A stretch of DNA of 64,000 bases, taken from assembly GCA_964187785.1 (NCBI GenBank), contig OZ076409.1, positions 16,246,001 to 16,310,000 of the forward strand, written 5' to 3'. The DNA comes from Amphiscolops sp. MND2022 (Eukaryota). Each line of letters begins with the position of its first letter. Positions within the stretch are counted from its first letter, which is position 1. Shown piece by piece: positions 56,228 through 64,000 of this stretch. Made by a program: the position numbers and the translations under genes. The notes beneath the pieces are model-generated. The model had not been told where the DNA came from. It made no database searches and saw only the letters and a list, made by a program, of their open reading frames with translations.

Positions 56228-56343
56228 GAACAAGCTAGTCTGCACTAACTTAAAAGTTACGCGTATTTTGACCGAGAAAATTTTCGTATCATTGTACGTA
56301 ATTTTGTTGTTAAGCATATAAAGCTATTGATTCTACAATGATC

Positions 56344-56462
56344 GGCTACGACCATACCATTTTGAATGCACCGGTTCTCGTCCGATCACCGAAGTTAAAC
56401 AACATAGGGCCTGGTTAGTACTTGGATGGGAGACCGCTTGGGAACACCAGGTGTTGTAGCCT
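56344..56462 (+). rRNA. 5S rRNA (G>T at 56361)
   Basis: Variant shared with the copy at 35929. Confidence 0.95.
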
Positions 56463-57037
56463 TTTTTGTCAGAAATGTGGTTTAACTTCGGTGACAGTTT
56501 TGCAAAAGGGGTCAAATTGAAAAGATAGCAAAAAACGGACAACGCCATTAGAAAGAGCGTCCAAAAAACCCCCATGCTGAAATTTTCGCCGCCATCACTT
56601 GAATTTTCATTGAGTTATGTCATTTTTACTATTTTCACAAAATGTGGTTTAACTTCGGTGACAGTTTTGCAAAAGGTGTCAAAATGAACAGATAGCAAAA
56701 AACGGACAACGGCACTGGAAAGAGGGCCCAAAATTACCCCTAAAACGTGTTTTTCACACTCCTGAGTCGACTTTTGATAATACATGGAATTTCATTTTTA
56801 AGCTTACTAATTTATGCTTTTCAGCATACATTTTCGTAATAGAGTCAAAATTTTGCTTTCTCACAATTTTTCTGGAATATTTTTGTTTCATCAGATGTCA
56901 ATAACTTGAAACGTCGTCTTTTCATGAGAATTTCTCCTCAAAACAAGTTGTTGGCTGGTAATGGTAAGTCCGTACCGCAGATAGGAGTCTCGCGCTCCAA
57001 AAATTGACTCTTTGCTTTTAGCCTAATTGTTGTGATA

Positions 57038-59021
57038 CGGCGTTACTCTGTCAGCCTGCAAACTTTGTTTGCACAGCGCCATCTTGCAAATTTTGCAGCA
57101 AAAGTTGCAAAAGTAATGACTAATTTGAACACGAGTGAGCTTGATCAACATCATAATGAAAATGTTGAGCAAAATTGTTACAAAAATGCAGTTATTTCCT
57201 TGTCGAAATCGAACTCAAATATGGACAAATTACCAATTATTATCAACTTTGCCTTACCACTGACATCTGAAATGTTCAAAAACAGCAAATTACTGGATTC
57301 AATGTTTGTGGAAGCTGTTATGGCCGTCAAAAACCGACTTAACTCCAATGAAATTACCATCTTCAAAACTACAATTTTACGCAACAAAGGCAATTTGAAG
57401 TGTATTACTGTGATCATTCCTTACAAACTTGAAAATGCAGCTTCCTCTCTTATTCACGAGGGCATTACTCTTCGCAATCGGAAAATACGGCCTTATTCTG
57501 TCAATTATTCCAACCCGAACAACAATGTCTATCCAAAAAGATTACCAATATCTTTCCGAAACCTACCACACTTTCTGACGGATGAGGATATTTTGAGTAG
57601 CTGTGGTCTTCAAAACTTCAAATTTAGTAGCAAAATTTTTCATCAACAACGACGACTTCCTGATAGCAGCCTTTTTTATACAGGAGAGGCAAGAATTACA
57701 GTTTTAATTGACAATGAGAATGAGGAAAGTTTACTACAAAACTGGGCCAATAATGCATATGACAAAATGTTTAGTTCCAGTGGCATTTTTTTCAAATGTT
57801 GCTGTATCCCACTTCTCGAATGCTCTTTATGCGTCAATGAGAACCTTCCCAGTGCTCATCAACAATCAAGATGCCCAAAACAACTATCAGACGAACAGCA
57901 AATACAGAAAAACAGTGAATCTCAGAACCAGAAGTTAACAACTGACTACGTTATGGAAACTGCAGAAACAGAGCCAATGTCTAATGAACCTGAACTGTCA
58001 GATTCAGATGATGCTGAACCAATCTCAAAGGCGCCAAAGCAGACCGATGATGGTACTGAAACCGAATGCAATAACAACGTGGCAGAAACTGAACAACCAT
58101 GCATTAACAACTCAAAGAAAGATACCATTCCTATGCAAAAACCTAAACTAATACATCGCTCAACTGAATGGGAATCCTCAACAGACCTTGCCCGAAATCA
58201 AGCAGATGACCAACAGTCAACGGCAAAGCATGGATATCATGAATACCCATTCTTTTTGGAAAAGAAACAAAACAAAATACTGGCACCCGAAACTATTTTC
58301 AACGAAATACCTCCTATAAAAGAACATGTGATCAAAACCCAACAAACTTCTGGCTACATCAATACACTAGACAAGGAAAAGAAAATTCAAAGGACCTTTT
58401 CACTCGTACAACCACTGAAGAAAGAAAAACTCGAAGATCTTTTATCTGAATCAAACTGGAAACATTCTGACTCTAACACTATTTTAACTTCTCATTTTGA
58501 ATTTTACTCATTGATCCGGAAGTTTGATCCATTCTATGATGCTACAAACCACCAAATTTACACTATTAATCTGGAGAATAAAATTGTACAAGTTTTCACT
58601 GCAGTTGAAAACTTATACAATGAAAACAAAAACTAAACTGAAAAATTTCGGACCTTTTTGACTGGAACTTTAAAGTTCTAAATCTCTACAATACCATCAT
58701 CAATCAACCCAATTCCCAATTCTTTTCGAGCACTAGTTGTTCGCAACCTGTATGCAAAAAACGGGTTTTGAAAACAAACTCCTTCCAGGAGCAAACATCT
58801 TTTTTTCATACATTCTCCAAACTACATTATACTAACTTCATACCTAAAAAAAAAACATTCCCATTTTGGCGCTTTCTCAAAAATGCCATAACCAAGCATC
58901 TTCATCTACATACTTCAGCTTTTTCAACACTTCAGTTACTCATATACTCATTTTATACCTATACCTTAGACTTCATTACTTTTTACTTGTAAATTCTCAG
59001 TTTTCAATAAATTCTTTAAAA
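57038..59021 (+). mobile_element. Family A element
   Basis: Duplication at 57021 / 59022. Confidence 0.9.
57116..58636 (+). CDS. ORF1-like protein, family A
   Basis: Near-identical to 4013-5533. Confidence 0.87.
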   Translation: MTNLNTSELDQHHNENVEQNCYKNAVISLSKSNSNMDKLPIIINFALPLTSEMFKNSKLLDSMFVEAVMAVKNRLNSNEITIFKTTILRNKGNLKCITVIIPYKLENAASSLIHEGITLRNRKIRPYSVNYSNPNNNVYPKRLPISFRNLPHFLTDEDILSSCGLQNFKFSSKIFHQQRRLPDSSLFYTGEARITVLIDNENEESLLQNWANNAYDKMFSSSGIFFKCCCIPLLECSLCVNENLPSAHQQSRCPKQLSDEQQIQKNSESQNQKLTTDYVMETAETEPMSNEPELSDSDDAEPISKAPKQTDDGTETECNNNVAETEQPCINNSKKDTIPMQKPKLIHRSTEWESSTDLARNQADDQQSTAKHGYHEYPFFLEKKQNKILAPETIFNEIPPIKEHVIKTQQTSGYINTLDKEKKIQRTFSLVQPLKKEKLEDLLSESNWKHSDSNTILTSHFEFYSLIRKFDPFYDATNHQIYTINLENKIVQVFTAVENLYNENKN

Positions 59022-59131
59022 GCCTAATTGTTGTGATAAACTTATTAAATAGGTAAGTATTCCAACCCTATTGATAAGTTTTATTTAAAAGCAGACTGCG
59101 AAAGTGGTCTGCTGCCCAATTTTTGAACAAG
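59022..59131 (+). ncRNA. Putative SL RNA copy (same G>A variant as 22796)
   Basis: TTTAAAAGCAGAC variant. Confidence 0.72.
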
Positions 59132-59247
59132 GAACAAGCTAGTCTGCACTAACTTAAAAGTTACGCGTATTTTGACCGAGAAAATTTTCGTATCATTGTA
59201 CGTAATTTTGTTGTTAAGCATATAAAGCTATTGATTCTACAATGATC

Positions 59248-59366
59248 GGCTACGACCATACCATGTTGAATGCACCGGTTCTCGTCCGATCACCGAAGTT
59301 AAACAACATAGGGCCTGGTTAGTACTTGGATGGGAGACCGCTTGGGAACACCAGGTGTTGTAGCCT
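59248..59366 (+). rRNA. 5S rRNA
   Basis: Same as 707-825. Confidence 0.97.
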
Positions 59367-60154
59367 TTTTTGTCAGAAATGTGGTTTAACTTCGGTGACA
59401 GTTTTGCAAAAGGAGTCAAATTGAAAAGATAGCAAAAAACGGACAACGCCATTAGAAAGAGCGTCCAAAAAAACCCCCATGCTGAAATTTTCGCCGCCAT
59501 CACTTGAATTTTCATTGAGTTATGTCATTTTTACTATTTTCACAAAATGTGGTTTAACTTCGGTGACAGTTTTGCAAAAGGGGTCAAAATGAACAGATAG
59601 CAAAAAACGGACAACGGCACTGGAAAGAGGGCCCAAAATTACCCCTAAAACGTGTTTTTCACACTCCTGAGTCGACTTTTGATAATACATGGAATTTCAT
59701 TTTTAAGCTTACCAATTTATGCTTTTCAGCATACATTTTCGTAATAGAGTCAAAATTTTGCTTTCTCACAATTTTTCTGGAATATTTTTGTTTCATCAGA
59801 TGTCAATAACTTGAAACGTCGTCTTTTCATGAGAATTTCTCCTCAAAACAAGTTGTTGGCTGGTAATGGTAAGTCCGTACCGCAGATAGGACTCTCGCGC
59901 TCCAAAAATTGACTCTTTGCTTTTAGCCTAATTGTTGTTCACGCGTCGGTTGGTTAGTTATCTTTGACTTTTGACTTCTGATTGTGAAAAACTTTTTTGA
60001 CGAGTTTTTAACACATAGTACCGCTAAAACTCTAGAAGTTTAACGAAAAAATTGTTTATTTGGGTTTATACCCCTTTGCACTTTACCCCCTCTGGGTTTA
60101 TACCCCCCCTTGGGTTTATACTCCCTTTTGGATAGAGGATAGGAAAACGACTTC

Positions 60155-61486
60155 ATGATTCTTGACGACGATGTTGCTTCTGGTAATGTGGACGTAACAA
60201 AAATGCCGATGGATGGTCACGACAATACTGAATATATTCCACCTATTGAAAGCCTCAGCCTTGTTCAATTGTCGGAGCAATCGCAATCTGGGTCTCCGTC
60301 ACTTACACCACCACCAACATCTTCTCTACAGAACATACAATCGGCAATAAACATGCAATTATACAGCGCTGTTGCAGGTGCCAACACTCCACCATCTCGC
60401 ACGACAGCAATAATTAAAATGAAAATCATTCCACCATTACAAAAACAACACTTCACAACCAAGGACAACTTCACTACTGCAACCAATCAATGTTTTTCAG
60501 CAATTTTACGTTGCTTTCCACCTACATACAGACAACAGCTTACTATTTCAAAATCATTTACAATTGTCGGGACAAGACATTTGCATTCAATTAATGTAGT
60601 GGCGCCTGTCACAGCCCAGGACATTGTATCAAAATTGCAAACAACAGGAATATCAATGCTTGGCAAAACTGTATTTCCATCGACAGACAACTTTCTCACT
60701 AATTTACCTGGACTCTATCCACGATACACTCAAGTGAGACTTCTACATGCACCAGCACAATGCGATGACGAGACCTTAACAGAACTATTACATCTTCCGG
60801 CAGATACGACAATCATAGGATTCAAACGTCAGACAGACACGATTGATGGTATGTCCTTTTTCAATGGCAAAATAGCATGCACGATAAAAATCAACAATAC
60901 AACTCATGAAGAAGAACTACGACAATGGTCGTTGGATCAACATGAAAATCCCACAATGATTTGGGAGGAGATTCCTATCTTTGCATTTATTCCCTCACTT
61001 CACAATTGCACGTTCTGTAAACAACATAACAAACCTCACTTTGGACATGACATTGCCTGGTGCAAACATGCAAAAGCACATCCAACGACTCCACCATCAC
61101 CTCCTCTACCACAACAGACATCAACTACAACTTCGCAGATGCCTCTGCCTCCTCCTTCTTCTTCTGCTACTCCATCTGTTATCGTGCCAACTCCTCCTAC
61201 TTTGGTTAACAACAACTTGGGTTTAGCTGACGTACCTGTTACAACGACTGATGATTGGCAACCTGTAACTAAGAAGACTTTCCCTAAACACAGTTTGGTT
61301 AGAACGAGGTCTGTTATCAAGGCGAAAAGACCAAAACACCCGAGCCCTGTAACTGAAGTTAACCCCAATTTGACAGAACCTACGATGACGGCACCGTTCC
61401 TTCCGACTACACCCATTTACAATTCATTTGACAGCAAGCGGTATTCTAAATCTTCCAGGTCTAAACATGATAGTGTTCAGCCTTAA
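60155..61486 (+). CDS. ORF1p
   Basis: Near-identical to 23929-25260. Confidence 0.9.
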   Translation: MILDDDVASGNVDVTKMPMDGHDNTEYIPPIESLSLVQLSEQSQSGSPSLTPPPTSSLQNIQSAINMQLYSAVAGANTPPSRTTAIIKMKIIPPLQKQHFTTKDNFTTATNQCFSAILRCFPPTYRQQLTISKSFTIVGTRHLHSINVVAPVTAQDIVSKLQTTGISMLGKTVFPSTDNFLTNLPGLYPRYTQVRLLHAPAQCDDETLTELLHLPADTTIIGFKRQTDTIDGMSFFNGKIACTIKINNTTHEEELRQWSLDQHENPTMIWEEIPIFAFIPSLHNCTFCKQHNKPHFGHDIAWCKHAKAHPTTPPSPPLPQQTSTTTSQMPLPPPSSSATPSVIVPTPPTLVNNNLGLADVPVTTTDDWQPVTKKTFPKHSLVRTRSVIKAKRPKHPSPVTEVNPNLTEPTMTAPFLPTTPIYNSFDSKRYSKSSRSKHDSVQP

Positions 61487-64000
61487 TTGTAGAGGACTGA
61501 AGGATCCTCTTCGCCTTGCCATGACTCTGACTGCTTGTCAGCGTCATGGTGTGAAAAATTTTGTTCTTTTCCTACAAGAAACTAAGATTTCTGAATTTTA
61601 TATCAATCATAGAAAACTACTTACACAACACCATCTCTCGTACTGCATGGTTCCTGCCTCTGATACTGCAGGTGGATTGGTGACAATTTTTCCGTCTTCT
61701 TTCCACATAACTTACCGTTTTAACAATGAATCCATGCTCCTATTGCGTTTTCAAGAATATAATATCACTTTTAGCAACTGTTATGTCAATCCGCTTGCTT
61801 TTCATCTGGAAAAGCTTATTCATGGTTTCCAACAGCTTTCTCTTCTATCTTCTAGTTCTCACATACTTGGTGGAGATTTTAACTGTTTATCAACCCGTGC
61901 TGACACATCTAATGTTAATATTCGAAGTAATGATTTCCGCTTACTTCGTTTTCGAAAACTTATGAATCTTATGCACCTGCTGGATGTCACACCATGTGCT
62001 CCAGCCTCGGCTGCACATCTGTTCACACACTATGATAAAAGGTATAATACATTTAGTCGTTTAGACTACTTTTTTACATCGAGTGTTGACTTCTCTCTCG
62101 AAACTGAAGTCATTCCTTTTTCGGATCACAAGTTAATTAAGCTTTGTGAAGCGGCATCTTTTACTCCAGCAAACAGTCATTGGAAATTAAATGACAACAT
62201 TCTGCAGTATCACCATGCAGTACGGGAGGTTTTGGTGAGTTCTATTGCATCCCGGTCTACGGATTCAGAGTGTATCCTATCGAACTATGATGTCATTAAA
62301 AATCTTGTTAGGGATAAACTCCGTATCTTTTGTATCCAGAATCATAGACGTAATCTTTTTGAAGAAAATCACCTGAAAGAACTAATACTTGGTGCAGAGA
62401 AATATCTACAAATTTTTGGCGTAGATTCCAAAACTATTTCTCGTCTTTCAGATTTAAATAAAAAATTGATGGAACTCCAGCACCAGAATGCTCGTAAATG
62501 CCTTAAACAGGTGAAAATGTTTTATGTTGATGCCAATCATGGTGATCCTCAAGTTATTAAAAAACACCTTTCAAATATGAGAAAATCCGTACATATTTCT
62601 CAAATACAAGACGACAATGGTGAGGTCTTGACTACTGATGAGCAGATTTTTGAAGCTTTTCATATGCATTACTCAGATCGTTTTTCCATTCCGCAGGTCA
62701 ATATCAATAATGATTCCCATGTCAAGCAGCTGCAAGATGACATTATTGGTACTTTTTGTAGTGTTAAGAGATCTGATATTGAAAATATTCGCACTCTAAC
62801 CAGAGACCGGGATATGATTAGTGAACAAGAAGTTATTAATGCCATTACCAAATTGAATTCTGAAAGTGCTCCTGGTCCTGATGGCCTCACTTCCAACTTT
62901 TATAAAGCTCATCAGGAAGTTCTGAGTCCTCTACTCTGCAGGCTGTTTAACCAGATGGTTACTGATGGTTGGATGCCGCTATCTTTCTCCAGAGCCATTA
63001 TAAAACTGATTCCTAAAAAACCCAACGCCAATCGTGTTGAAGATTTTCGTCCCATCAGTCTTATTAATACAGACCAAAAAATACTCTCTCATATTTTGTC
63101 GGAACGAGTTCGCATTCCTGTTGATAAGCTTATTGGTCCCCACCAATCTGCTTATCTTCCTGGGCGTCACATACACTCTTCTTTATTGAAAGTCTCCTTA
63201 AACTTGGAAACCATGCCGTCAAATAATTCTCTCATCGCTATTGATTTTAGCAAAGCCTTTGATAAACTAAGTCGAACATTTATCTTTGCGTTATTAGAAA
63301 AAATTGGCTTGCACGAAAACACAGTCAAATTGATTCGCATCATGTATATGCATAATATTGCCTATCTTGACATCAATGGTCAACTCTCTCAACCTGTTCT
63401 TATGGAAAATGGAGTTAGGCAAGGCTGCCCTTTATCCGCGCTCATTTTTATTCTAGGCATTGAACCCCTTCTTCATGCAATTCAGCACTCCTTCAACATT
63501 AGATCGGATATGCCGTTTAAAATTATCTCGTATGCGGATGATCTTACTTGTGGTATTCACACTGATAATATTCAAGATCTTTTTGATATCATTGATACAT
63601 TTTCTGGCGTTACGAATTTATCTGTTAATCAATCTAAAACTGAAATTCTTACATTGAGTAGTCTTCGTCCTCCTCTCCAATCTTGTGACGTTGTTAAAAT
63701 ACTGGGTGTTCACTTTAGTTTGGGCAACTCTGCTAGACCTTTCTCTGACTTCATGAACTATGCGCAACGAAGTGGTCAGTATTGTAACAAATACAATACT
63801 CTAATAGCTCGTGCGCGAAATATTCATACATTTGTTATGCAAAAATTAGTTCATGAAATTCGCCATCTTTATGTCCTAAGGCCTCAATTAGACAAAATTG
63901 ATAGTATTTTCATTGATGCTATTTGGCTTGGCCGCAAACACAATCTAAGTAAATTTATTCTCCAGAGACCATGGTCGGCGATGGGTATTGGTCTTCGGAA
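61467..64000 (+). CDS. ORF2p APE-RT (partial, open to window end)
   Basis: Sequence matches 25241 onward, including YADD; missing from the ORF track because there is no stop inside the window. Confidence 0.92.
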   Translation, partial: MIVFSLNCRGLKDPLRLAMTLTACQRHGVKNFVLFLQETKISEFYINHRKLLTQHHLSYCMVPASDTAGGLVTIFPSSFHITYRFNNESMLLLRFQEYNITFSNCYVNPLAFHLEKLIHGFQQLSLLSSSSHILGGDFNCLSTRADTSNVNIRSNDFRLLRFRKLMNLMHLLDVTPCAPASAAHLFTHYDKRYNTFSRLDYFFTSSVDFSLETEVIPFSDHKLIKLCEAASFTPANSHWKLNDNILQYHHAVREVLVSSIASRSTDSECILSNYDVIKNLVRDKLRIFCIQNHRRNLFEENHLKELILGAEKYLQIFGVDSKTISRLSDLNKKLMELQHQNARKCLKQVKMFYVDANHGDPQVIKKHLSNMRKSVHISQIQDDNGEVLTTDEQIFEAFHMHYSDRFSIPQVNINNDSHVKQLQDDIIGTFCSVKRSDIENIRTLTRDRDMISEQEVINAITKLNSESAPGPDGLTSNFYKAHQEVLSPLLCRLFNQMVTDGWMPLSFSRAIIKLIPKKPNANRVEDFRPISLINTDQKILSHILSERVRIPVDKLIGPHQSAYLPGRHIHSSLLKVSLNLETMPSNNSLIAIDFSKAFDKLSRTFIFALLEKIGLHENTVKLIRIMYMHNIAYLDINGQLSQPVLMENGVRQGCPLSALIFILGIEPLLHAIQHSFNIRSDMPFKIISYADDLTCGIHTDNIQDLFDIIDTFSGVTNLSVNQSKTEILTLSSLRPPLQSCDVVKILGVHFSLGNSARPFSDFMNYAQRSGQYCNKYNTLIARARNIHTFVMQKLVHEIRHLYVLRPQLDKIDSIFIDAIWLGRKHNLSKFILQRPWSAMGIGLR

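Larger units (their letters stand above)
1..64000 (+). repeat. Tandem SL RNA-5S rDNA array (basic unit ~904 bp) heavily invaded by site-specific retroelements
   Basis: Unit start GCCTAATTGTTGT recurs at 481/1385 (904 bp), 28640/29544 and 34799/35703; 21 near-identical 5S genes. Confidence 0.97.
59939..64000 (+). mobile_element. Tx1/L1-like retrotransposon copy 4 (runs off window end)
   Basis: 5' junction GCCTAATTGTTGT|TCACGCG at 59926-59938. Confidence 0.94.

Overview
This is a eukaryotic tandem array of a ~904-bp unit, all on the + strand. Each unit holds (i) a ~110-nt gene with the hallmarks of a spliced-leader (SL) RNA: a 31-nt exon GCCTAATTGTTGTGATAAACTTATTAAATAG, a GTAAGT donor inside stem-loop I, a GAAA-tetraloop stem II and an Sm site AATTTTTGA; (ii) a 5S rRNA gene 226 bp downstream of the SL start; and (iii) a spacer with two ~100-bp subrepeats. 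The window has 21 5S genes and 22 SL 5' sites. Eighteen of the 22 sites carry a retroelement at the same position, flanked by a duplication of the first 10-17 nt of the SL exon. Inserts: 4 copies of a ~4.9-kb autonomous-type APE+RT non-LTR retrotransposon (Tx1/L1-like, ORF1+ORF2); four divergent families of 1.4-2.0-kb elements that encode only an ORF1-like protein with an extra shared C-terminal domain (A x10, B x1, C x1, D x3; my labels); and a 65-bp mini-insert. All end in a shared ...TCTT(T/C)AAAA terminus. Only three SL genes remain uninterrupted behind their native upstream sequence. The SL identity, the clade assignment and the mobilisation mechanism are inferred from motifs; no database search was run and the host is not identified.
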